NCBI RefSeq assembly: GCF_964204865.1
Contig: NC_135252.1
Span: 11,718,001 to 11,782,000 of the forward strand
Length of the DNA stretch: 64,000 nt
Source: Styela clava
Taxonomy: Eukaryota
Direction of reading: 5' to 3'
The position numbers were made by a program, and so were the translations under genes. Shown one piece after another: positions 26,901-39,212 of the stretch. The notes beneath the pieces were generated by a model. It did not search any database and was not told the origin of the DNA. It worked only from the letters and a program-made list of their open reading frames with translations. The first letter of the stretch is position 1; each line of letters opens with the position of its first letter.

Positions 26901-29900
26901 AATAATTATTTAATTATGCAATCGGTAATCGATGCATGTACACAAGATTAGGAAGTATTAATAGGAGCTTCCATTGAAAACAATTCTGATTCCGCCAGTA
27001 AATGCACAAATGTGTCCGGTCAAGCATATGATTTGAGACTAGAAAAATACAATATTTTATGGTACGTTAGACTAAGTATATATTCTGTACTCGTCATTGT
27101 ATCATGACGTCAATGAACTTTGCTTTAAATGTGAATAAAATTCATGATTGCCGTAATTGCGTATGCGTGAGGCTATCGTTAAGGATATTTTGGGACCATA
27201 AACGCGTTGATTTGGATAAACAGAGATCAATATCTTGTACAGATCAAAGTCATATTACAATGAGAATTTATCGAATAAAACGTCGTGAAAAGTCAGAGAA
27301 ATCTTCCCACAATCTATAATTAAACACATGCATTAGGCATTTTAGCTTGTTGTGATTCTTGACGCTTCCAATATGTTTGCAAAATTTACCAGGGTAACTA
27401 AATATACTGTAACAAAACATATTTCCAGTAATTTTTTTGTCAGTACAGTAAACTTTACGAATCTTAAAGAATTTGATAGCACCATGTGACAATGTTTACC
27501 AATTTTTGTTTTAATAAATGATAGATGTCACAATTTAATATCAACACAATAGCCCGATTTTCATTTTTTCCTCGTTCATGAATTCTGCGAAAATTGGTAA
27601 AAATGAAATAGTTCTCAAGTCACGTTTGAAATATAAACACTACTGTTGGTGACAACAAGTCTCACGTATTTGTATACAATATTTTATAAAAGAAAAACCA
27701 TACGGACGATGGATATGAGCAAGGTTTAAATTTAGCTACTTTATGTTTTCACTTGAAAATATTTGGACGCTTTTACCTATAGTTGTTCATAAATGCACAG
27801 TAACCACTTTCGTTGTTTTTACAAAAGATGAATACATCATATCAAGAAAATTTTCGAAATAGTTCGGGCGGAGGAATTTGTGATAAAATCAATTTCAGTG
27901 GCAAAAGGCAAGCGACATCGCAGTTGAAGGCAAACTTTACATTCCTTTTATTTCAAAAAGTATCTTTCAAATGTTTAACGTGATGATAGTGATAAAGTAG
28001 CATAGACAAGTTTTAATATGTTAATAGTATATTTGTTACGCATCTCACGATACAGCAAACTTCCACGCCATAACTTGCTGAAAAAAAAACTACTCAATTT
28101 CGAATTGAGGATATAATCAATTGCAAAGATAGGCTTAAAAGGGATCAAGTTATTCAAATTTGTCGTGGCATTAAATAACCTAACGTCCGATGAACTGTAA
28201 CTAGGAGCTTCAGTAAGCTTATATACGTGATTGCGTACAATATGATTATTATTGGTACTTGCACGAATCCTTAGGAATGAAGGAATAGAAGAAGAACCCA
28301 CAATAAAATTTTATAGTTATATTCTTTGGACTATAATGGAATTAACCTTTAAACCGTTATGATATTTCACCACTCAATTGTTATTTCAGCATAGAGAGTA
28401 CGTGATTCTATGACGTAAATGTTTTCGATTTTGCTTCGACCAAACCCAAAATAATTACGAAACAAGTCATGAATTAGAAATAGAATGAAACAAACAAACA
28501 TAGGAAGTTTTGCTAAATCATTTTCCAGCTAACCACTCCACCCGATGCAAATTAGAAATAAAAAAAAAAGGTGCAATGGCGTTTTATTTATTATTTTTGT
28601 ATTAGTTCAATTACATGGTAGGAGTGTTATTAAATCCTACACATGAACAGAAAAATACAACAAATTTACCAAAATATTAATGTAAATTGAATGTACCGTC
28701 TATTAACATGGTGCCTACATTACGCTGAAGATCAGGTCGGGCAATGTCGTATCAACCGATGTTGTAAGTCATCATGATGAATCTTGCCATTACTTGATAA
28801 ACATATACAATTAGGAAAATTCTTATAGGTTGATCGAATCATTGCAATATCAATCCGGATAATGATTCAATTATCTCTCAACCGACCGGGAGTTATTTTT
28901 TCAGAGACCTTTCTTGGAAAATGAAATCCGGTAAATCAAAGCTAAAAACCCATTAGTCGTCGTACGAAGATTCGTTACGCTTTTCTAATAGTCACGTATA
29001 CATGAGCTATTTTCTCCCGCCGAAAATCCCTGACACCAAACTAAATGCGACCACCGAGTTTATATTCCGTTTGTAATAGACGAAATTCACGACAACAAGA
29101 ACCTAATTGTAAAACTCCGGAGGTGCCTCAAAATTTAGTCATAATCAACAAATGTTGGAAGATATCAAAACGTAACAAAATGGGGAATATTTTTGAAAAT
29201 CATAATCATGTGTTGTTTACCTTAATTTTTCCAATAAAATGCCTAATGTAATATAAACATAAATGCTATCATATTAGAACGATCTATTGTATCCGGTAGC
29301 TGATGGATAAATGATGTCGAGTTAATATGTGTGCGATGTAAACAACTTTATCAAAATGAGTTTGAATTTATCATCGGCGTGTAATCGCTTGTAGATCAAA
29401 GAAACTCAAGACACCCGGTCGAATTTGCCTTTCTCGGCAGTTATTGGACACCAAATTAATACCGAATTCGTGCGATCTAGTCCTCTTATGTCCTGTTTGT
29501 TTATTATTTCCCGTATTAATGTTCATGGCGGGGCGAATCGAGTCATGCGTTAGATTTTATCTTTTGTTGAGGTGTTTGTGGTTCGGTCTCGTTTCTACAG
29601 CTGATAACAGCAGTGTCTATAAATAGCAAGATGCCTGGATTAATCACAAACTCCGTGTCAAGCCCATTATAAGACGACAAGATAAAGACGTCCCGCGCAT
29701 GCCAATGTGACATCTTGTACAATCAACAAAACCTATCAAATAGAAGTTTTGAAGAATAGGAGAAAAAGTTATTCAACGAAAAACAACTTTCAATTAGAGT
29801 TTTTCTAAGAATTTCCCAAATTTTTTTATAATTATTCATATTTCGGTTGGGTTGTTCATTTATTTATTTATTTATTTATATTATGTTCAATATTCTCTGT

Positions 29901-32900
29901 TGACGCCTTCACTCCACCAATTTCCACTTGCTTTGCTTAATTCTTTACGATAAGTTACGTAGATTGAATTCCGAAAATAGCTCATTTCGACGTCAATTAT
30001 AACCATAAAAATGGCTAACAAAACAATTTTTACGGTTTTTGTACTCAGGAAAAATTAGCGGAGTATTCTAACTGAAAACGCTATATTTTCTATCAAGTTA
30101 TATTGGGTATTGCTCAATCATTCTGAATCTTTTTTCTTCCACAGACAAAATTTTGCGCATCATATCAAATTCTCTCTTTTTTTCAATACGCGCTGTGCAA
30201 AAATGTTACTATATTTAGAATCAATAAATATGCTTCAAAATTTTATAGCATTATAAATTTTTTCGAAAAATATCAATTTTTTTCAAAAATTATAATTTTT
30301 TTTTCATTCAAAAACAAAAATAATCACCACGCGGTTTTCCTGTCGCATGACAGCAAATATAATTAGAATGGGTGAAATTTGCGATAAAAGCTTCTGCGAA
30401 GCTGATACGATTATCACGTATTCGAAACACCCTCGCGCGTTGGTTTGAAACCTGATCGTTCATATGAATTATTCTTCCATCTGAAAACAAATTGAATCCA
30501 TGATTCCAAAATTTATGATATGGCAAAATTATGATTTTTTTCTGTAAAATGTATGCTATGTAACCACTAGAAATTGCAATGTAACTAATTTTATCTTTAA
30601 AAAAAAATCGCATTTTAAGAGGGAGGACATGATCTAAAAACATCACATGATGATGATTGAACGTTTTCCCGTCTTTTACAAGTGAAGAAGTGTCAACATT
30701 TTGTCTATCATTCTGGATGTATATCTTACAAAACCTTTTCTTACTTTTCATCGTGTAACCGCTGATAGGAATTTACCTCGAAAAAAAGCGGGCTTCTTGT
30801 TTATTTTTCTAACCGTAACTTTTATTTCTCCTTTCCGAATAGAGTAAGATTATTCAATATCTTGATATGCTAATAGTTCTCAGAAGACCAATATTTCAAT
30901 GATAAGCCTAATATGCAACCCCGTTGACTTCCAGTGTAGCTATTTCGATGCTGTCATGAGAAAAGTCTATTTTTGTCTTTCATTGAGTATAATTGTATAC
31001 GTGCCGCGCCGAGTAGTCTACCTATAATTCGACTATTTATTTTATTTTTGTTACCATTTCTGGTAATTGTTTAAACAATTACGGCATAAAATATTTGTCA
31101 CCACGAAACGCACGTTCTCACTTCTTGAATAAAAATATACTTTTAAGAAGAAAAACTATACTTTAAAGAAAAACTAATTTAACTGGTGTTTTTGAAGATA
31201 AATTAGTTCACTTTCAATATTTATTCAAACGCTTAATGCTATTCGAGTAACGAAAACTTCGTCTGAAACGCAATTTCGCTTAAACATATCATGCAGGAAT
31301 TACTGAGGAAAATTTTATTTCAAAATATTTGATCAATAACTAACTATACATTCAACGCTGAATTTTTTTAAGTCGGGTTAGATCGATTCTTTGGGGGTAT
31401 TTTTGGATGAAATGTTACTTCATATACCAATAACGCTTTTTGAGAACTACTTTAGTTGGAAATGGGTTTACGCATGCCGGTAGTAACTTCAACATTACAA
31501 ACTAAACTTGAAAACAAATAGTAATTTAGACACAAAATTTCAGAAGTTTCTGTTCGGGATTTTACATGCGATTTTTGAGGCCAATTTTATATATAAATGC
31601 GCTGACTCTTCAGAATACCTTGGTAAAATGACAACATTGTATGGATGCGGTGTGTGAGTGATCCATCAAATTCGCATTTATTTCTATGGTACCGAATTGT
31701 TCGAAGAATAGAGCATTACGTTACTATGTATCATGAGCCTTTTATAATGTTGATATAAAGTGGTGTTAAGCATTCTATTGTTTATGTAAGTTATGACATT
31801 GATGACACCTTTTACATTTACTAAGAAATCAGATACAACAATGGACTGCATTACCTCGCCTGATGTATCAATTATTTCATGCAAGAAAATCACGTAGGCT
31901 TACTTGTCCTTTGATGTATGATGTCATGGTGTATGAATCAACAATGTACTTCTGAGCAGGTTATTGTTATAAAAAACTAAAAAAAAACTCCATGAGCAAG
32001 ACGAGGAACTACTTCAGTTTCTATTATTAATTTTATTTGTGGAGATGTAAATAAAATGAATATATAAATAAAAATAGTAGAATCCCTTACTGAACATTAA
32101 TTCTATATGTTATGCTAGCTAATGTATGTTAAGTAATTCAAGAGCCTTGCAACGCACTAACACGATGTATTTCTGTTAAGTTTCGTTTACCAAAGTCAGA
32201 CTTTCTCAGACAAACATAAGTCTAAGTTCTTCGGAAACACAGTTGATAGCATAATGTATTCTATACTGAATATCGACCTCATATAGTACATATGAATTTC
32301 CTGCTGAATTTTTGTGTTTTTAATATCCTTTTGGTAGTTATTGTTGAAAAAAAATCGCTTTCTTCGCAATTTGAAAATTCTCAGTAATTAAAGATGTAAG
32401 GGGTCGTTGGAAAACTACTACTTTTTTCAGATTTCTTTTTAGTCTTTTAGGATCCAAGATTCCACCCCAAAATTCTCTGTTCTAATAAAAAGGACGAAAA
32501 CACTTTTAACGATGTGTGGGAACACTTTGTTTGATCACGCTAGTCTACAGATCTTCTTTCAAGCAAACTCAATGCTCAGCTAATGTATTACCGATGTTAG
32601 TACGCAACCTTCATGTCCATCCAATATATTTGAGTGTCTGAGGTATTATGTTGTGTTGACAACTCCTATTAAATGAATTTCAATACCGGAATTATATGAT
32701 TGATTTTTTTCTTTCGTTGTCAATTTCTCGGTTGTCAAGTTGCGAGACAGAATTGAATGAATCTACTCCACTAACGAATGAAAAAAAAAACATGACGTCT
32801 TTTTATTCCTTTTAAAAGTGAACAAGTTTGTTCAAGTATTACAAGAATACAAATCAAGATGATTTGTTCTAATCAAAGATGTTTCAATGATTTCTGTAAC

Positions 32901-34710
32901 AGTGGAACAATGTTCTCGAATATTAAAGGATCATATATAGGATTATATATAGGATTATATATTGTCCTAAACGAAAATGTTTTTATTTGAAACAATTTCG
33001 GGTCGTGTTTTTTGCATTCAACATAATTTACAATTACGACTTTTGGGGATCTTTCGAATTTCAGTATCACAACACAAGTCTGTTAACATCTACTATGAAA
33101 GCTAGCTACAACGGACAATGTCGTGTTTTATGCTTTAGTATGTCTTAATTAACTATTTTTGACAGTATACTAATCCTTTTCCTAGTCTACAAGTATGTGG
33201 TTTTGCTGTTACTAGATGATACATCACAATATTTGAAACTGTTTATAAATCAAAAAAAGAACAAATGAAATAATCACATCCGTTGATGTCATCGAAATGA
33301 TTTTTACGGTCATTTTAGGTGTAATTAAAATCGATTCAAAATATGTTAAACATATAAATAAATATTGTAATGTTTCTCTGGAGAAAAGGAGTATATGTAC
33401 AAAACGGTTTAAATTAACTAATATGTGCGTTTCTATATATAATATATTCGTTTGGTTTTTCAACTTTTTTTTTATCAAAGCATAACAATGTCAATTTAGT
33501 ATTTACCAACAAACACCACGGCTTATATTAAGCAAAAGAGAAACGAAACAAATTATTGTACAATGTTAAAAATTGAGTAACCATCACCATCAGTAGTTGT
33601 ATCAAATTTTGTTCAATTGTAATTAGAAATAGAGGTCGTTTTATGGTATTACACAGAGTCGTTAAATACATTAATTAAAACATACTGCTCCATTGTATTT
33701 TGTGACTTTCTTTTCGAAAGTTGGAATAGTGCTGATATAGCAAAACCTAAAATTTATTGTTTATATATAAATATTTACTGAAAAATAATAATAGCGTGGC
33801 TGCTTTTTTGAGTATAATAAAAAAAATGACGCAAAAATAGTAACACAGATGATTTATATTTCTTTGACATAGTCATATCAGCAACCCCTTATTATGGACA
33901 CATATTTACAGTATAGTCCAAGTTTGAAAGTGAGACGATTTTTTTAATAATTAAGTGGGCGGGAGTTATAAGAGAATAGGGGAATTTTGCGACACGTAAA
34001 TTAAATATTCATTACAACCACGCATCGTTTATGAAAAGTTTCGAAATTCTTTTCCTAATTCGTATTTTAATTTGGAATTACTGATTTTTATCTACAATAA
34101 TGAAAATTTCAATTTTAGCCTCCACCAAAGAAATTGCAGCAGTTGCACAGCGTAAGTTTTTGTCTCAAATTACTAATAATAGTTATGTAATTACTAATCG
34201 TACTATTCATATAGTTGTCTCTTCCGGTATGCTTCACAGGCGAAATAAATAACCAGAAAAAAGCTGTATTCATTCAGTTTCACGTATACTATATGGCAAA
34301 GTGGCACGCGGGGTAAAGTCGAACTTCAAACGAGCGCGTAATATTTGAATCGATGATTGGCAAATTTTAACTATACCTAAATAAATTGTAACGACGACCC
34401 GAACGAACCCCCAAAACTGAAAAACTATAGGTTATTTATGGCGACTGTAAAAGTCATTCCCTAGTAGTTGGCCATATTTTTACACATTGGACCCAAAATT
34501 AGTTTATTTTGTATATATCTTATGGTTTATTTTCAGTTAACGTCATAATTTATACACGCTTGATTCGTTCTATTGTTTTTGTTTGGTGATCCCACCCACC
34601 ATGCCAACAACTTAATTTATATGGGCTAATTGTTATTGCGTTCAATTTTCGGCCTGAAGACATCGCCATGCAAAAAGTGTCAGGTTGAAGACGCACGTCT
34701 TGGTCTCCCT

Positions 34711-34797
34711 TGACGTCGCAACTATTCACGACGTGTTGCGACGAGGGAAAAACTGTTGTCTATTATCATCTCGCGAGGAAAATTGGTGCATATAAAA
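34711..34797 (+). promoter_or_regulatory. Candidate core promoter of precursor 1: CRE-like site + TATA box
   Basis: TGACGTCG at 34711 and TATAAAA at 34791-34797, in a locally GC/CpG-richer patch ~390 bp upstream of the ATG. Confidence 0.55.
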
Positions 34798-35181
34798 AGC
34801 CACCGCCAATATTTTCGCATAATATAACGTTCAACAAGACTCGAAGAAGCTAACTAGCCTGATTCGCTCTGCCCATTCTAATAAGCCGAGCGAAGCAGTA
34901 ATAAACAATATTATTTAAGAGTGCTGCCAAGTTTCAATTGTGTAGTAATTCATCGCAGCTGCGACTTCGGAAGGATTCTTTGGCAAAGTTACGTTCAAGT
35001 GATATCTCTCGCAAGGTATCAAGTAGGAGAGTAGAATCTCGTTTGAAAAAGAAGAGACGCCGCTCCCAACAGCAACTTCACGCCGACGCGCGAACTTTTC
35101 GTTCCCGCCACATTCTACGTAGTATGCGACATAGTCATTAAAAGCTCATTAATCACTGTCAAACTAAAGGATACTTACGTT

Positions 35182-36281
35182 ATGGATATCACGATATTTA
35201 TAAGGATTATTATAATTGCGATTACGTTCACATTCGTCACTTCAAGCCCGGTTCTTCAAGTAAGTTTTTTTTAATTATTTTTGGTGTTTTGTGTTTAATT
35301 AGTTACGATCATTAAAACAAATGTTTACAAAGCATTATGCAGTACAATGACATAAGGTTTTAATTACGTTAAAAATACCAAATGATGAGTTACTAAAACA
35401 AAACTAGTCGACTGAAGATATTTCACATTGCATACCTAATAAAAACATTGTTCTAATGACACACCTCTTTTTCAGCATAAATCTTCAGGGATGCCACATT
35501 TATTGCGCCGACTCCTTCACAGCTATAATACTATGCCAAAATCTGGGGAAGTGAGTCCGGAATATTATGTATCGCCTCCAAACGTTATGAGAAGATACCG
35601 AAATTACGATTGGCAATATTACGATGGCAGAAGACAACACAAAAGGCAATCGGGATTAACACCCAGCCGATCAGGAAAAAGGTGAATACATTTTTATTGC
35701 CTTATTCCAAATTTGTTTTATAAATTGTTTATCGCACGAATTGTAAATCCATTGAGTTTATTTGGGAAACTGTAATAATAGAAGTCAAAAGACCTGCGGT
35801 CTAGTATCCACGCCCTCTAACTTACTTACATTATACATTTTACGACTACACACTTTGTGAGCACCCTAGTAAATGGATATAAAATATTATGAGTTGACAT
35901 CTATTACTGAATTATACGATCCAAATTTATTTCCACAAAATATCTGTTTAATTGATTTATTTCCAACGAGCGAAACTATATTTTCTAAAATCACTAAAAT
36001 GCGCGAAGTATAGCTTTAAATGTTATATGAAATCTTATGCAGAATTATGATTTTCACTAACCCTAGCAAAAATATTAGAAATAATCTCAAACTTTCAAAT
36101 ACCTTTCACTATTACAGTATTCATTAAATTTTATTTTTTGTTTAGAACGGTAATATGTGCAAAGAACAAGCGCGGTCGATGTGTCGCAAAGTGTGGATTC
36201 GGAGCACCTTTGGATCAAATATCGAAGAATATGTTTTTTGGTTGCAGACCAACGTTAACATTCCGGCATCAGCGAATATAA
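35182..36281 (+). CDS. Secreted peptide precursor 1, natriuretic-peptide/osteocrin-like (139 aa, 3 exons)
   Basis: Exons 35182-35259 (MDITIFIRIIIIAITFTFVTSSPVLQ, signal peptide; donor GTAAGT), 35476-35681 (pro-region with RR/GRR/KR/GKR sites; phase-2 donor GTGAAT) and 36146-36281 (RTVICAKNKRGRCVAKCGFGAPLDQISKNMFFGCRPTLTFRHQRI*). TATA box upstream and AATAAA at 36959. Confidence 0.85.
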
Positions 36282-39212
36282 TTATGGAAATAACATATTT
36301 TAGCCTTGCTAAAGACGAAAAATTATATTTGCACAATTGGGCGTATGACATGCACAATACACCCCAATCTTTATACATTTCTTACATTTTCTGTGCCGGA
36401 ATACTGTGAACCAACGAAACTGTTCATTAATACATATCAACATCGTCGTTACTACGGTGAATATAATATGTACTGTGCCCACGAATGTTTTAAACTTTAC
36501 TGAAAGCTACAAGAAATCCTGAAAGTACTTTTGATGAAAATTTGTGGAGTGCATCTGGTCAATCACAGATTATCGTCGGTTTGAACCAGAAAATACCGAA
36601 TTGTAATAACATCAATGTGAAGTTTTTGCATATTTGTTGCAGTAATATTATTTATGCGGTAGTAATATCGATGCAATGCAATATACGGTTTTATTTTCAC
36701 TGTTACATTGTATTTTTCCTATCTTAAACGATACAAATTTTTTTTATTATTTATTGAAATCATCAACGATTTCGCAAAGCCTTAAGTGCTTATACATTCG
36801 TGCTTTTGAATGCTGTTAGAAAGGCATCATAAAAATTCATAATAAGCTATATATTATAGTTAAAGAACGAAAATCGTTTGGTGATAAGTTTGCTTGCTTG
36901 CGTATTGTCTTCAACATTACACTGTAAATTTATAAACAATTAACGTTATTTGTTAAACAATAAATATATATGAAACAATACAAAATGGTGACTTTCATGT
37001 TTTATAATTGATCATCCGCGACTGAAGTAAGTGAGGGAGGCACTGGCATAGTCGGTGTATAGGGGTAGTAGATATATGGGGGGTAAAAGCATTTCAATCC
37101 AAGAAAGATGCCAGCCTAATACATCTGCGATAAAAAGAATTCGAAACCCAATTCTTTTCTCCCAAGCGGATGTAGCGTCTTGCTTAATGGCATTGCGGCT
37201 TCACATCAAATCATTTTACGTTATGAAAATAAATTCAATCATTTTAATGCCCCGGAGGTTGCCATTCACTGTCTGCCAGCAAATGCGGATTCTATTAATA
37301 GTTATCGGTAAAACATACAACCGAAATTCGATGCCATTGCATTTCACATAAAACAACTGTCCACATTCAAAAGCATTCAACAGCCTACCTATATTGAAAT
37401 GAAAGGTGATAGTTTTGTTGATACAGAGAGACGTGCGTGCACCTTGATATAGTATGAAACAACGTTGTTGTAGACGCGAACCCAAACAATAGTGAGGCGA
37501 GAGTAGGACTGTTCAATTATTAAGCGAACCTCAAATATTCGTACGTGATCTCCCACGCAAATGTTGCAGATGCCCCACTTCTTCAAACTTTTTTAAGACA
37601 ACTAAAGATCAAATGTATACTGCGGACAAGGAGATGGACAAGTCGAGCACTCTATTTTTAGGCTTAAGCGTTACCTGATACGTAATAAACAAAATCTTTT
37701 TTGATAACTTTTTATTAACTAACTACAACCTGTACACCAATGGACTTGGAATTCAATTACAATATCCCATATTGCTAAAGGTAAACTGCCTACGTGCAAG
37801 TTAGCCGAGTGAAAATGGCTACTTTTTTCGTGCATTCTGAAAGCAAAACGGTGCATCTTGGTATTTACAATAACTGTAAACATATAGGTCAACGATTAGT
37901 ATTACGTTGGATGTTTATAAAAACGATATTTTGATATATTTATATCTTGTATTTACATATTTTGAATGTCTCATTGTGTTTACAGGTTTCAATGTGCACG
38001 AATAAAAGTTCTTCAACGTATGTCCCACTACGCGTTATTGAGTAAATTCATACGTATAGCGTCTCATTATCTCCGTCCTCGGGACACACTGAAGTTTTTC
38101 TTTCAACAGGTCATTTTTTAATTCGAAACGCTTAGCACCATGGAGTAAAAAAAGAAGACCATCCCAACACTTCATTTGTATCATCAAATAAAATGTTAAG
38201 AAAACGCTTCTAGTGAAGTCATTGAAGAAACAGTGACTTTTCGGTTGTTGGGGCAACCTATGCGCACTAAATACGTTGTCCGCTAATGTGTCGCTATAAG
38301 GATTCTACAACTATGTGGTCGCATATTATAATGAATAAAAACTATAATATACTAAACAACACTCAAGTCGAAAACAAAAGCTAGCGTGACACGGCATTTG
38401 TACATCGATTCATAAAATGTAGTAATTAGCTTCTTATCGCTAAGAAATCTAGTGAAAAATTCGAATTTGCTTGGCATTGAGCGAAATTGTGTTCTATTGT
38501 GTTTATGAAACAAATAAATTGGTGGAGAACAGGGCGTAGCATAACCATCGTAAATATTTTCTTCTTGGAAATTCTGCATACTTGCGCAACCGTGGAATCG
38601 GTCATTTTGTCATGAAACTAATCCTTTAAACTGCCAAACTGCCTAGACTGAAAACATCTATAATTTCTTAAATATTTTTATTGAAAATGATAAAACAAAA
38701 AATGAAGAAAATTATGTAGCGAATGCGCGGATACATAGGCATTAAATGAGAGCATAATTACAAACCATCGAGAAACTGGAATATCATAAGCGGAAGGTAA
38801 GAAACCGTTTTTGCCTGAACTAAGTCCTGCCATGGGGGCCAGGGACTGAGAAAATGTGAATACTTGGATTAACTACCAAGATCGGTGCATTTAAGTTAGC
38901 GAATCATTGCCATGGTTTAGCAAAAGTGTTTTTATTTGTAAAATAAAAAATAAATATATCTATAAATAAACAGATAAATATCACAGAAGGAATACAATAT
39001 TTCGAATGAATAGAATAAGATTACAATTAAATATTTAGTAGGATGTAATTTTCATACAAGTACTAAAAATAAATCCAAAGAACAGTGCCTGTTTTATACG
39101 CAAGCTGATACGCATCTTTTTTATTGTGCATTATTTGATGCATGTATGTAAATCAGCCTGGGCTAACGCGTTACAGTGAAGTTTATTTGCGGACGTTTCT
39201 CGTTTTCCTCTT

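Noticed and set aside
30308-30751. 147-aa minus-strand ORF
   Set aside because: No recognisable motif, AT-rich codons and no supporting exon chain.
31598-31657. CADSSEYLGKMTTLYGC, a 17-residue Cys ring ending in GC, as a possible third NP paralogue
   Set aside because: It lacks the F and LD-x-I residues and has no extra Cys pair or supporting signal or pro exons. Probably chance.
35680-35685. Stop codons overlapping the donors before the ring exons of both NP-like genes, as regulated truncation
   Set aside because: Any phase-2 GTRA donor creates an in-frame TRA stop, so this carries no information.
36142-36503. ORF-track entries around 36.1-36.5 kb and 39131-39430
   Set aside because: They are in the wrong frame or strand relative to the spliced ring exons, and their translations are unrecognisable.
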